This document shows, piece by piece, positions 20,558 to 31,092 of a stretch of 64,000 nt of DNA. How positions within the stretch are numbered: the stretch's first letter is position 1; each line of letters starts with the position of its first letter. The notes beneath the pieces were generated by a model, which had not been told where the DNA came from, did no database searches, and saw only the letters and a list, made by a program, of their open reading frames with translations. The position numbers and the translations under genes are program-made. The DNA is from Promethearchaeati archaeon SRVP18_Atabeyarchaeia-1 (GTDB lineage: Archaea > Asgardarchaeota > Atabeyarchaeia > Atabeyarchaeales > Atabeyarchaeaceae): the NCBI GenBank assembly GCA_037308085.1, contig CP147779.1, forward strand, positions 2,744,652-2,808,651. Reading direction: 5' to 3'.

Positions 20558-21334
20558 TTATCGTGCTGCCCATCCGCCATCTATCAGGATATCGGCTCCC
20601 GTCATATACGAGGACTCGTCACTAGCTAGGAACAGTATTCCAGCTGCCACTTCTTCTGGTTTAGCCCATCTACCTAGGACTCCCTGCGCTTCGAATTCCT
20701 TCTTGAGGTCTTCTGGATCCATGTTGCGCTGTTTGGCCTGCTTCGCCACATCGCTTCTGAGCATTGGGGTGTCTGTGGCGCCCGGACTTATGCTGTTAAC
20801 CCTGATATGATGGGGTGCGAGATCCAGCGCCAGGGCCCGAGTGATCGCGAGTGCACCAGCCTTCGAGGCACAGTACAATGAGTGATTGACTTGTCCAACA
20901 TGAGCTGCAATAGAGGCCAAGTTGACTATTGCTCCTGACTCCTGCTTAATCAGGTGAGGAACTACATATTTGCAACAGAGGAACACTCCCTTGACGTTGA
21001 CTCTGAAAAGAAGATCGAAGTCGTCTTCAGTATAATCGTCTAGTGAACCGACTCTGACGACTCCTGCATTGTTGATGAGTATGTCTATCTTGCCATATTT
21101 CTCGATTGTTCTGTAGACCATGTTCCGTACTTCAGCAGCCTTTGAGACGTCTGCTTTGACGAGGAGCGCATCAAGGCGCTCTTTCTTGATTAGGTTCAGC
21201 GTCTCCTCTCCGCCTTTCAAGTCGGTATCTGCAATTACAACGTTAGCGCCCTCCTTGGCAAAGAGGACTGCAGTGGCGCGTCCTATTCCCGAAGATCCTC
21301 CGGTGATAATAGCCACCTTATTCTTCAGCTTCAT
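20558..21334 (-). CDS. Short-chain dehydrogenase/reductase
   Basis: TGGSSGIG, NNAG, YCASK, IRVNSISPG, DGG. Confidence 0.93.
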   Translation of the reverse strand: MKLKNKVAIITGGSSGIGRATAVLFAKEGANVVIADTDLKGGEETLNLIKKERLDALLVKADVSKAAEVRNMVYRTIEKYGKIDILINNAGVVRVGSLDDYTEDDFDLLFRVNVKGVFLCCKYVVPHLIKQESGAIVNLASIAAHVGQVNHSLYCASKAGALAITRALALDLAPHHIRVNSISPGATDTPMLRSDVAKQAKQRNMDPEDLKKEFEAQGVLGRWAKPEEVAAGILFLASDESSYMTGADILIDGGWAAR

Positions 21335-21359
21335 CTCGCTTCGCCCTTCCTTTCAGCTC

Positions 21360-22493
21360 TTAGGAGACACAATATATTTTTCTTTCAAGTGAGGATATTC
21401 TTTCTGTACCCTTCGCCGTGACCATGTAAGTGTCTTCAATGCCCAACAAACCTTGGCTGGCCGAGAGCGTCCAAATTTCGATGTCAAGGACATTATTCCT
21501 TGTGAATGGTAGTGGCGAGACGCCTTTCATAGGGTCGTAGAAGTGGAATTCCTCGGTTAGTATCCCGACGCTATGGAATGTGACGAAGAAAGGCATTTCC
21601 TTTCCAGACTTCTTGTGTGCTGCCTCAGCGGCCATGTAGGCCTGCTCTGGTTTGACTCCAGGCTTGATTGCATCTACACACACTTGCTGGAGCTCAATCA
21701 TGAAGTCGCTTGCCTCTTGTATGTCCTCAGGGGGGCTCCCTATTGACGCGTGGCGACTCACATCAGAGCTATATCCTCCATAAATTGCTCCAATATCGAA
21801 CCTAGCAAGGTCGCCTCTTTTCATTCTCACGCCAGTGCCGGGGTACTCTGGGTCGCTACCGCCAATACCAAGTGTGACATGGTCGACACCCCATCCGCCC
21901 TCCTCAATAATCTTCGCCTTGGCTACTTTGATCAACTCGTTGTCCGAGACGCCCTCCTTAACGGAGTCTATCATTGCTTCTATGGCGCTCTCCGCTATTC
22001 TTGTTGATTCCTTCATTCTTCTAATCTCTTCCTCGGACTTCTCGAGCCGCATCTCCAAGAAGATGTCGTCCGACATTCTAAACTTGGCACTTGGGAACTC
22101 GTTGGCCAATCTCTCATACTGGTAATATGGCATCTTGGATTCGATTCCAATCGTCCCTCTGTCAGGCATTCCTGATTCTCTAACAATCGAGGCAAGACTC
22201 TCCAAAGCAGCGCCGACAGACACGATGCCAGTGACATCTTTGATCCAAGTAGCCTTGTCTGTGCTAGTGAAAAGCTGCCAGGATATGAGTGACTCTTCTC
22301 CGTCTTTCTTGATGGCTACTATCGTTGGGTACTGGTTGGCCAAGACGTAGAGGATCGGGTTGTTCTCGACATGCCTAACTGGCATGCCGCTTGCATAGAA
22401 GACATTCTCGGGCGAAGATGCTACGAGGACATCAACACCCTTACTCTGCATAAGCTTGGAAGCTTTCTTCTTGTTATAACCTATGGGCTCCAT
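21360..22493 (-). CDS. M24 Xaa-Pro peptidase/creatinase-fold hydrolase
   Basis: Creatinase_N-like start, 'RLEKSEEEI', metal ligands D-D-H-E-E (FDIG, SDVSR, FHSVG, DIEI, IEDT). Confidence 0.88.
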   Translation of the reverse strand: MEPIGYNKKKASKLMQSKGVDVLVASSPENVFYASGMPVRHVENNPILYVLANQYPTIVAIKKDGEESLISWQLFTSTDKATWIKDVTGIVSVGAALESLASIVRESGMPDRGTIGIESKMPYYQYERLANEFPSAKFRMSDDIFLEMRLEKSEEEIRRMKESTRIAESAIEAMIDSVKEGVSDNELIKVAKAKIIEEGGWGVDHVTLGIGGSDPEYPGTGVRMKRGDLARFDIGAIYGGYSSDVSRHASIGSPPEDIQEASDFMIELQQVCVDAIKPGVKPEQAYMAAEAAHKKSGKEMPFFVTFHSVGILTEEFHFYDPMKGVSPLPFTRNNVLDIEIWTLSASQGLLGIEDTYMVTAKGTERISSLERKIYCVS

Positions 22494-22705
22494 ACATTAA
22501 CCCACTCCAAAAAAGCATAGACACGCCTTCACATTTTTCCAAATCGAGAGCATATACTAGCTGATTAACCCTTTTGAATTCTGCGGTATGCCAAGTCCAA
22601 CCTCGGCAGGACTAGACCATGAGGTTTTATCTGTGTTTACGTCACTTTTCCATTGACTGATTCAATGAGTCTATAATGCTACCTTGATCGGAGGGATTAT
22701 TCTTA

Positions 22706-23779
22706 ATGGATGCAATTCGTACTGGGCTGATTGGTGCGGGAAGCGCCGGTCTTCTTCATGCGCTGTCGTATAGTCAAATCCCTGGGAAGGCTAAGCTTGT
22801 AGCCGTCTGCGATGCCAACGAGACTACTGCCAAGGGTATCGCAAAAACCTACAAAGCCGAGAAGACGTTCACCGACTACAGGAAAATGCTTGAGCTGAAA
22901 GACATCGACGCCGTCTCAATTTGTCTGCCTCACTCCTTGCACGCGGACGTCGCCGAAGCTGCCGCCAAGGCCGGCAAACACATTCTCTGTGAGAAGCCGA
23001 TGGCGACGACTCTTGGAGACTGCGACAGGATGATTGGTGCTGCAAAGAAAGCTGGAGTCAAACTAATGATTGCTGAGAACCATAGGTGGACTCCAGCTCA
23101 TATAGCGATGAAGGAGGCTTTGGACCAAGGGAAGATCGGGGATATCATTTTGGCACGAACATACGAAGTCGTTGATGAGCGTTCCAACATGAGTAATCCT
23201 AACCTATGGAAGGGGACCGCCGATAGAGCTGGCGGAGGTTCCCTGATGGATCAGGGTGTCCACAAGGCAGCCATGCTAAGATGGTTTTGCGGTGATGTGA
23301 AAAGCGTTTACTGCTGGACTAGCCAGCAGATGATGAAGCTGCCCAACAAGGCTGAAGATACCGCAATGATGTTTCTGAAGTTTGAGAAAGGCGCGGTAGG
23401 AGACTTGTTCCTCAGCTTCGCGCCCATAGCCTACTACAACAACGCGTTTGAGCTTTATGGAACACATGGAACGATACTTGAAGATCACTCGTGGAGTGAC
23501 CCTGTAAGGGTCTACTCGACCAAACCTGGCAAGGACAGCTACAGGTGGGTAACGCCAAAGGTGGAGCATCAACCTTATCCGGGATACTACAAGATCTCGT
23601 TTAAACTGGAAGCTGAACACTTCGTGGACTGCATACTACAGGACAGGCAACCAGAGCCAAGTGGAGAAGATGGTAAGGCAGCAGTTGAAGTAGCCCTCCT
23701 TGGATACCTGTCTGCTAAGACGGGTAAAGAGATCAGAAGAGGAGAAGTCAGTTACGCACCGCTGAAGCTTGCGGGCTAG
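22706..23779 (+). CDS. Gfo/Idh/MocA family oxidoreductase
   Basis: 'GLIGAG', 'GKHILCEKPMA', 'GGGSLMDQGVH'. Confidence 0.92.
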   Translation: MDAIRTGLIGAGSAGLLHALSYSQIPGKAKLVAVCDANETTAKGIAKTYKAEKTFTDYRKMLELKDIDAVSICLPHSLHADVAEAAAKAGKHILCEKPMATTLGDCDRMIGAAKKAGVKLMIAENHRWTPAHIAMKEALDQGKIGDIILARTYEVVDERSNMSNPNLWKGTADRAGGGSLMDQGVHKAAMLRWFCGDVKSVYCWTSQQMMKLPNKAEDTAMMFLKFEKGAVGDLFLSFAPIAYYNNAFELYGTHGTILEDHSWSDPVRVYSTKPGKDSYRWVTPKVEHQPYPGYYKISFKLEAEHFVDCILQDRQPEPSGEDGKAAVEVALLGYLSAKTGKEIRRGEVSYAPLKLAG

Positions 23780-24300
23780 AAACTCGGGGTTGTGTATGGT
23801 GCGACCTTTCAAACCCTTCACCTTGTCAGACGCGCCTACTGACGGAGGCATGGCTTCTTACTCTATTTCAGTAGGTCTTCATCTTTCTTTGATACTGTAG
23901 CGCGCTAGGGACGAGAGTCTGCAAGCGGCGCGCCTGAAGTAAGTAGTAGCCAACCCGGTTCGCCTTGCTCGTGTACCCGCAGTGGGGGCACATCTGAGAC
24001 TTGTAACTGGGATCAACCTCAACCAAGAGTACACGCTGCCTCCAGCCACCTTCTTTCATGGATCAGCGTTCCAGTCGCTTTCACGTCGCGTATGGTTCTA
24101 CCTAATGCCCCTGAGTATTGCGCTTTTGGTTGCCTGCATGATGAAGACCGCGTCCCGCATAGCTTTCGAGGCATCTTCTTTACTGTAACTCCTTTCCACC
24201 TAGAAAGTTGGAGCTCTCGCCTCCGCAAGCAATTTCGAGCTTGTTCAATCCTCGCCAAAGTGAGTATCATCTGGGAAAACCGCTCCTTTTTCCTTGACTC
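23780..24300 (-). pseudogene. Degraded IS200/IS605-type TnpB remnant
   Basis: 'VEVDPSYKSQMCPHCGYTSKANR' zinc-ribbon segment of TnpB, with frameshifts and stops on both sides. Confidence 0.7.
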
Positions 24301-24526
24301 CCTTCCAGAGAATCATGCCCAGGTCATGCACCTTAGGGAAATCTGTGCCAATCACCTTCAACCGAAACCATGTTCTCCGCGAATAGTACCCTTCCTGAAC
24401 GCGGCAACATTGACTTCTATTCACTCTTTGAGAAAGCGGTCAAAAGGGACATACCAATTCTCAAAAGAAAACTGACATGCCTCGCGAAAAATACGAGTAG
24501 ACCATGAAGCTTGTTAACGTTCTCTT

Positions 24527-24973
24527 CTACAAATAGTCGCTTAGGACGATGACATTCAGTTCTTTTATCCGCTTGAGTTTCTTATCATTAGTGACAAATG
24601 CATCAGCTCCAATCCCAATAGCCGCCGAAATCTGAACGGCGTCAACCGTCCTGAGGTCGGGGTACTGCCCTCTGAGTCTCCCAGCCCTTTCCGCCACATC
24701 GACAGAGATCTCAATCAGACCAAGATTTTTCCCATACTTCAGAAACTCTGCAAACTTCCTTGCGAGATTCTCGTCTCCTGCTTCAATCGGCTTGGATAGA
24801 ACTTCAGTAAGAGTCAAAACAGAAGAAAACGCAACTGCGCCATCTGACTGAAATAAGTCAACAATCTCTTTGACAAGAGGACCAAACTGCGGATGCGCCT
24901 CGATGTAATAGATAACCGGAGGCGTATCAATGAATAACCTGTTCACTCGTGAGAGTTCCTTAGATAGCGTCAT
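24527..24973 (-). CDS. vapC: PIN-domain toxin (VapC-like)
   Basis: 'FIDTPPVIY', 'SVLTLTEVL', 'LRTVDAVQ', 'FVTND'. Confidence 0.9.
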   Translation of the reverse strand: MTLSKELSRVNRLFIDTPPVIYYIEAHPQFGPLVKEIVDLFQSDGAVAFSSVLTLTEVLSKPIEAGDENLARKFAEFLKYGKNLGLIEISVDVAERAGRLRGQYPDLRTVDAVQISAAIGIGADAFVTNDKKLKRIKELNVIVLSDYL

Positions 24974-25185
24974 ACCCGATCCTCTCTTAGCCTACCAACG
25001 TAGGTTTGAGCATCTTCATCCTTCCATAATCCCTTTCCAAGCCCATAGAGTTCAATCCAATCAAGTTCCTTCCTTCGAGGAATGCCATTTCTTCTCAGTT
25101 GGCGAGCAAGCTTTTCAACCAGTTCTAATTGCTCCTCGGGTGATAGCTTCCTTATTTCTTTCTCAATCTTCTCCAGTGTGACCAC
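24970..25185 (-). CDS. Putative antitoxin (VapB-like)
   Basis: 71-aa charged protein ('LSPEEQLEL', 'LYGLGKGLW..EDAQ.YV..LR') overlapping the PIN gene by ATGA. Confidence 0.8.
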   Translation of the reverse strand: MVTLEKIEKEIRKLSPEEQLELVEKLARQLRRNGIPRRKELDWIELYGLGKGLWKDEDAQTYVGRLREDRV

Positions 25186-25932
25186 CTTCCATATCTATGG
25201 GTCGCTCACTAACCATTTAGCTGCGATCACATTAAAACGTATCTTCTCCAAATGGCTATAAATCTTGACCGAATGCTCACACCGAAAATTCAATTCCGAA
25301 CGACTAGACCAATGTCGAAAGCTGTATTTAATGTGGCGCCGTAACGTTGGACACCCTTCTTTGTTTCTTTGCAGTCCTGTTAGACCTGTCTGAAGTGTTC
25401 ACTGAGAACATATAGAGAAATCAGAAAAAGAGGGTTCGGAGAAAAGAGAAAGCGTGAAATGGAGCGTTCAAGCAAAAGAGATTTCATGGTGAGTGATCCG
25501 AGGACATTCCTCAAGGAACTGATCCCTGTCCTAGTTTATGTTTAGGGATATTCGGTTGCATGTTGCACATAATTCGGCTAATGATGACTTTATCTTCCAT
25601 CTTATGAGGATTCAGGCTCCTTTATTTGAGCCTCAAGCTTTCGAGCTTTCTTCAATGATCTCGTCTTACTCCTTTTCTTCTTCGATAAACGGATCAAACG
25701 ATCCCTATTAATAGTCGGCGGAGGAACTTGATCGATTCCCATTGCACCACCGCTTATTTTCATCAGCCTTTGCCTACTAATTTAGTAATTGTTAGCACAT
25801 CCTGACGGAGTTATGACTGCTTACTGTACATCATTAGGTTTCTTATGAATTGGGAGAGACAAGTTAGGCTAGACTCTGGGCAGACTTGTTTTGGAGGGTA
25901 AAGGGCGGGGCAGAGAGCAGGAGCTGGAGATT

Positions 25933-26120
25933 ATGGCTAATAGATGGCGTGATCTGACACCAAAGGTCAGAGAGATTGGAGACGGGAGCATTGGCATTAC
26001 ACTTGCCTAGTTTCGGGTGTATTATGAATGATAATTAGATGGTTCATGTTGAGGGGCATCTAATCTCTCTATGCCTGACGGTCATCTGATCTTGGTCGTA
26101 GATCAAGGTCGAAGCTGCAC
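25933..26120 (+). pseudogene. Possible AbrB/MazE-like regulator remnant
   Basis: GGAG RBS, then MANRWRDLTPKVREIGDGSIGITLA and a premature TAG at 26008-26010; 'KV..IG.S.GITL' resembles the AbrB N-terminus. Confidence 0.4.
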
Positions 26121-26311
26121 AACACAGTCTCCACCCTTCGATTCTCCGAACTTGTCCTACTTCTGACTCCGATCAGGTACCAAGAACTCAGCACAAGAGA
26201 AGTAAATCGCAGAGCAAGGTTTATATGCCGCTCTCCCATATGAGAGCGAGGTGGCAGGAGCTCATCAACTCCTGCCGCGCTCTAACTGTAACAGGAGGAC
26301 TGAATAACAAA

Positions 26312-26644
26312 ATGGCAGAGACAAAACCACTTTTTGGAATGTTGCTGAGCCTAATCGGTGGACTAATAATACTCATCGCCAGCGTTTTAGCAGCTGTTAA
26401 CATTACAATCATCTTTGGCAGCTTGAACCTAATACCATACTCAGGTGTCTTCGGTGCGATTTGGGGAATTCTGATCATAGTCTTCTCCCTCTTGATGTAC
26501 ATGAAGCCAAAGAGTAAGATGATCTTCGGACTATTGATCATCGTCTTCGCGATCGTGAACATTCTGGCTGGCTACGACATTGTCTTAATCGGCTCGATAC
26601 TTGCGTTAATAGGCGGATTAGTCGGTTGGTTCATGGGCAAGTAG
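26312..26644 (+). CDS. Small 4-TM membrane protein
   Basis: GGAGG RBS; Gly-rich hydrophobic helices ('LSLIGG', 'GSILALIGG'); T8 run after the stop. Confidence 0.8.
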   Translation: MAETKPLFGMLLSLIGGLIILIASVLAAVNITIIFGSLNLIPYSGVFGAIWGILIIVFSLLMYMKPKSKMIFGLLIIVFAIVNILAGYDIVLIGSILALIGGLVGWFMGK

Positions 26645-26674
26645 ACCCTGATGCTGAGCCGATCTAACCTAGCC

Positions 26675-26687
26675 CTTCCTTTTTTTT
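26675..26687 (+). terminator. Oligo-T terminator
   Basis: CTTCCTTTTTTTT after the stop at 26644. Confidence 0.5.
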
Positions 26688-27176
26688 CGAAAAAGGTGGA
26701 TCTCCTTCTGCGGCGCTTCTGTGTTTACTACCTTGTCAGTTACCCACCGCCAAAGCTTGTGGGCTTGCAACTCGGGTTTTACTTAGAAGTCTGCGGGGAT
26801 GAGCGGTATAATTACTCCTGCCGTGAAAACATCTGCAAGGAAAATAAGGAACCTGTGAACTTTGCACAAGTTTACAAAGAAGGGACAAGTGTAAGAAATA
26901 TCTAGAAATGCAGATCAAGGAAACCCGTGGCAAGCGATCAGAGATCATTGAAGGTTTGAAGTGAACTGTGCGAGACAAGACACGCTAACGGGCGCGGCAG
27001 AAGTGAAGAGGTTTTTCGATGCCGAAATGTCTATTAGAGACCAAACCCTTTTTCAGGGCAGATAGAGACGGATTAGGTAAGAGATGGTTTGTGCTGTGTT
27101 TTCTCTGAATAAGACTGGCACTCCACTTTCCTATTAGTCTCTAATCTCTTATCTACGTAGATTCTATCTGTCTTAG

Positions 27177-28997
27177 TTACTTTCTGGGTTTGTGCAGGTA
27201 CTCGGGTACCGGAACGTCCCACCAGCCGCTGCTGAGACCTTCGGAGTATGGGTGCTCGACTGCAACCATGGCTTCTATCACTGATGGCTTACCTGACTCC
27301 ACGGAGTTCCTGAGTGCATCTTTTAGCTCTCCCGGCTTCTCCACTCTTTCCGCATGGCATCCGTATGCCTCACTTATTTTCATGAAGTCAGGCGTGTATC
27401 GTTTGCCTGATTTGTCAATGAATTCCGTCGCATAATCTCTTCCTTTGCCATACTTGTCTATTTGTAAGTCTCGGATGGAGCCGAACATTTGGTTGTTAAT
27501 TAGGCAATGGATTACCGATATTTCGTTCTGAACGGCTGTTGCTAGTTCGTGACCGCACATGAAGAAGTCTCCGTCCCCGCCGATGCTTACGACTGTGCGG
27601 TCTGGCTTCGCAAGTTTGGCGCCAAGCGCTGCCGGTATGCACCATCCCATCGTTGAGAATCCACCTGACGACAGGTGCGTCCTTGGCTCATAAACTGGGA
27701 ACTCCTGAAATAGCTGGGCCTGGGAGTGACCTGCTGAGCCAACTAGGATGGTTTTCCGGTCAAGCAATTCGCGGAGTTCCTTCAAGAAAAGTGAGAGCGT
27801 TATTTTTCCACCAACAACTTTCTGGAGTCCCTTGATCTTCGCTAGCCAGTCCTCTTTCCCCTTTGCCAATTCCTTGAAATAAGGCGAAGTTTGGTATTCT
27901 CTCCGTTTAGCTAACTTAATAATTGCCACAAGCAGATCGGCTAGAGCGGTTCTCGCGTCGCTTACTATCCCTATCTCCGTGGGATAGTTCTTTCCTATCT
28001 CACCTGGATCGATATCTATGTGGATCAGCTTTGTGGGTGGAATCGAGTAGGTAATTCCTGGCTTGTATGAACTCGTGGACTGATCTGAGAACCTGCATCC
28101 AACCGCCACTATCACGTCAGCTTCCCGCGTGACCTTGTTCCCGATATCTGAGCCCTTTGCGCCGCCATAGTATGCCGCTAGAGGATGATCCTCAGGGATA
28201 GCACCTTTTCCCATTAATGTGGTGATAACCGGCGAACCGATGTACTCCGCGAGGCTAACGAGCTCCTTTGAGGCGTCTGCAAGAATCACTCCTCCACCTG
28301 CAACTATGACTGGGCGCTCCGATTTCATGATAAGCTTGCCAGCTTCAAGTATTCTCTCGGGGTCTGCTCTAATTCTTCCAAAAGGTCTCTTTTGAACTGG
28401 ATCAGGTATCTCAGTCTCAATTGATTCGGCTTGAACGTCCATTGGCAGAGTCATATGCACCGGACCAGGTCTTCCGCTCAGCGCCCAGCGAAATGCATCA
28501 GGCAGAACCCTTGGCAACTGGTCTACTCTACTGATATTCCAGGTACGCTTGACTATGGGGCGCATTACGCCATAGAAGTCCGCCCAGACTTGTCTATCTA
28601 TTTCTTGGAAGATGCCCCTCCCATACGAATACGTATGGGTTTCCCCTGTGAATATGACCATCGCGGTGGAATCAACATATGCCGTGGCAGCGCCTATCGC
28701 AAGATTAGCCGCACCAGGTCCAATAGATGTGAATACGGCAAGTGGTTTCCCGCTAGCCCTAAAGTATCCATCAGCTATGTGGGCAGCTGACTGCTCATGT
28801 CGAACCTGTATAACCGATATCTTGTCGCTTCTATCCCTTAGGGCGTCGACCAGCGCAAGATTTCCGTGACCCGGGATGCCAACGATGTAGGGAACGCGCT
28901 CTTTGATTAAGTATTCAGCTACTATCTCTCCACCAGTCCAGCCTCTGATATTGCTACTCTCACTGGAGTTCTCCTTCTTGCCTTGCCTTCTAACCAT
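27177..28997 (-). CDS. TPP-dependent enzyme (acetolactate synthase-like family)
   Basis: 'GIPGHG', 'RHEQSAAHIADGY', 'GPGAAN', 'GRPGPV', 'GGDGDF...NN' TPP motif. Confidence 0.92.
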   Translation of the reverse strand: MVRRQGKKENSSESSNIRGWTGGEIVAEYLIKERVPYIVGIPGHGNLALVDALRDRSDKISVIQVRHEQSAAHIADGYFRASGKPLAVFTSIGPGAANLAIGAATAYVDSTAMVIFTGETHTYSYGRGIFQEIDRQVWADFYGVMRPIVKRTWNISRVDQLPRVLPDAFRWALSGRPGPVHMTLPMDVQAESIETEIPDPVQKRPFGRIRADPERILEAGKLIMKSERPVIVAGGGVILADASKELVSLAEYIGSPVITTLMGKGAIPEDHPLAAYYGGAKGSDIGNKVTREADVIVAVGCRFSDQSTSSYKPGITYSIPPTKLIHIDIDPGEIGKNYPTEIGIVSDARTALADLLVAIIKLAKRREYQTSPYFKELAKGKEDWLAKIKGLQKVVGGKITLSLFLKELRELLDRKTILVGSAGHSQAQLFQEFPVYEPRTHLSSGGFSTMGWCIPAALGAKLAKPDRTVVSIGGDGDFFMCGHELATAVQNEISVIHCLINNQMFGSIRDLQIDKYGKGRDYATEFIDKSGKRYTPDFMKISEAYGCHAERVEKPGELKDALRNSVESGKPSVIEAMVAVEHPYSEGLSSGWWDVPVPEYLHKPRK

Positions 28998-29292
28998 ACG
29001 TTCTCGGCGCCTCCTTCTCATTTGAGAGCACAGTTAGCTAGAATTGCGATGATCAAGTAAATATCGTTAACGCCAGGGATGCCGCTTTCGGCCTAGGTTC
29101 TGCAATGGGTCATGGAATTGGATGCGGCCTATACCATATTGGCAAGTCAATTGGCGCAGTAGGTTATGAGGTGCCGGCTCTTTTCGCGGTTGCTCTAGCA
29201 ACATGCGGGCGATGTGGTTCGCCAGTGGAGCCCAGCAAAGATAAAGGGAGGTTGAAACAAGAGAATAATTGATACAGAAAGGGGTTTTCATC

Positions 29293-29817
29293 TTGAGAAT
29301 CTTGGTGACCTACCACTCTGATACCGGAAACACAGAGAAAGTCGCGAAGGCGATCCATGAGGAAGCCTCAAAAAAGGGCAAAGCAGATTTGAAGAAGCTC
29401 AAAGAAACTAAGGCGGAAGACCTTGACCAGTACGATCTGGTTTTCCTAGGCTCACCTTGTCATGCATTTGACTTGTCAAGCCCAGTCAAGAGAATGTTGG
29501 CTGCGATTCCTAAGGCGCCCAAGTACAAGCTTGCAGGCTTCATAACCCACATGTCGCCGGTAGCAGAAAAGCATGAGGGACACGAAAGATGTTTCTCCAC
29601 ATTTGAAAAAGCGATTAAGGAGAAGCAAATCGACTTCAAAGGTATCTATGATTGCCAAGGGGTTCCCGCCCTGCAAATCCGGGAGTTTGTCAAAAAGGGT
29701 TTGAATGTTCCCGATGCTGAATGGGAGAAGCATTTACGGGAAATGGAGAAGCACCCCAGCGTCGAAGACTTGCAGAAGGCTAAGGAATTTGCCAGACGCG
29801 TGATGTCTGGAATCTAG
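29293..29817 (+). CDS. Flavodoxin family protein
   Basis: 'YHSDTGNTEKVAKAI', 'YDLVFLGSP', 'HPS.EDLQKAKEFA'. Confidence 0.9.
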   Translation: MRILVTYHSDTGNTEKVAKAIHEEASKKGKADLKKLKETKAEDLDQYDLVFLGSPCHAFDLSSPVKRMLAAIPKAPKYKLAGFITHMSPVAEKHEGHERCFSTFEKAIKEKQIDFKGIYDCQGVPALQIREFVKKGLNVPDAEWEKHLREMEKHPSVEDLQKAKEFARRVMSGI

Positions 29818-29854
29818 CCCTCTCGTCTTCTCTGAGTCTGGAACAGATCTAGGG

Positions 29855-30325
29855 TTAGGCGGCGATCTCCGTTACTTGAAGTCTTCCTTTTTCTATGATT
29901 CTTCGTCTGGCTTCGAAAAGTTCGATAAGATTTCCCAATGAATTCAGAGCCATGACGACTGATATCACAAGGGCGAATAGGCTGATGTCAAAGAAGATTA
30001 TAACTGTTTGACCTCCTACGAGAATGGTGTATGAGGCAGGGGTACCCAGAAGGAAGTATAGATAGGCTGCGGAGAAGAGTGACCATCCTATTCCGGCAAG
30101 CGCCCAGATGACCGAATGCCTCGGAAACGCACCTCTGCAGAAGGCGACGATTGCAACCAAGACTCCAGTTGCAGTGACGGTTACGGTTCTATTCTCACCC
30201 AGCGACAAGCCTGGGATTGCTTGTTGCAGTACCTGGAAGAGCGCACTTGGCAACAACACGAAGAGTATAACAGTCATTATCGCGTTAGTCACGCCACTTG
30301 CGAAGCTGAATCTCGCCTTGCTCAT
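29855..30325 (-). CDS. Hypothetical membrane protein
   Basis: Four hydrophobic segments; GGTGG RBS. Confidence 0.7.
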   Translation of the reverse strand: MSKARFSFASGVTNAIMTVILFVLLPSALFQVLQQAIPGLSLGENRTVTVTATGVLVAIVAFCRGAFPRHSVIWALAGIGWSLFSAAYLYFLLGTPASYTILVGGQTVIIFFDISLFALVISVVMALNSLGNLIELFEARRRIIEKGRLQVTEIAA

Positions 30326-30399
30326 TTGCCAGCAACCACCTTCGATCCTTCAAATCCGGGTATCCGTCGCTTGCTCTCGTCCCAGACCTAGTCGGCTTG

Positions 30400-30840
30400 T
30401 TACAGGGGAACTACCTGAGGTGACTGTACTGAGAATTTTATCAGCCCATAGGCGAACTCGCTGTGGATTGTAAATACGATATTGTAGTTGCCGGGATTGG
30501 CACTGACGTATGTCAGGTTTAGATCGAGGCTTACAGTCCCACTCTGGGAATAGCCCCTCTGTATTGATACGGGAACTGTCTGTGTTGAGTTGACAAAGTT
30601 GCTATAAGGATCATTCGCTGTTATGCTCACGTAGAAGTTGTCTATCTCGTAGAATCCGTTGTTTGTCACCGTATAGCTTACCGTGACAACATAGGCTGAA
30701 GGTTTGGAAGTCACTGTGGCTGACGATATTCCTACGTTGTACGCAGGCGGGATAGCGGAATAGACTGCCGTGAAAATCAACGCAATGAATACTAGATTCG
30801 TTACTCCAAGAAGTATTCTTCCTGCCTTGGTTTTTCTCAC
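30400..30840 (-). CDS. Membrane-anchored Ig-like (LEA_2-like) protein
   Basis: GTG start after GGAGGT; N-terminal TM then a beta-rich domain ('TVTNNGFY.IDN'). Confidence 0.65.
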   Translation of the reverse strand: MRKTKAGRILLGVTNLVFIALIFTAVYSAIPPAYNVGISSATVTSKPSAYVVTVSYTVTNNGFYEIDNFYVSITANDPYSNFVNSTQTVPVSIQRGYSQSGTVSLDLNLTYVSANPGNYNIVFTIHSEFAYGLIKFSVQSPQVVPL

Positions 30841-31092
30841 CCTGCGGTAGACCTCCGTAGAACCCTGTGTAGAGAGCTTAGTATCACTACTATTGTCTGA
30901 ACTTGTCTGCATAGAGATCTGGCGAGCATGACTTAATATACTTGGCGAAGTCATTGCGAATAATGCAGCCAGAGCGGGCAAAACCTAGCTTTAGATACGC
31001 CGGTAATGTGAAGCTGTAATTACCATCACCACAGAAATCCCTATCCATGAATCACCGTGAAAAGCTACGCAATCAATGGAGGTGCATGCGTC

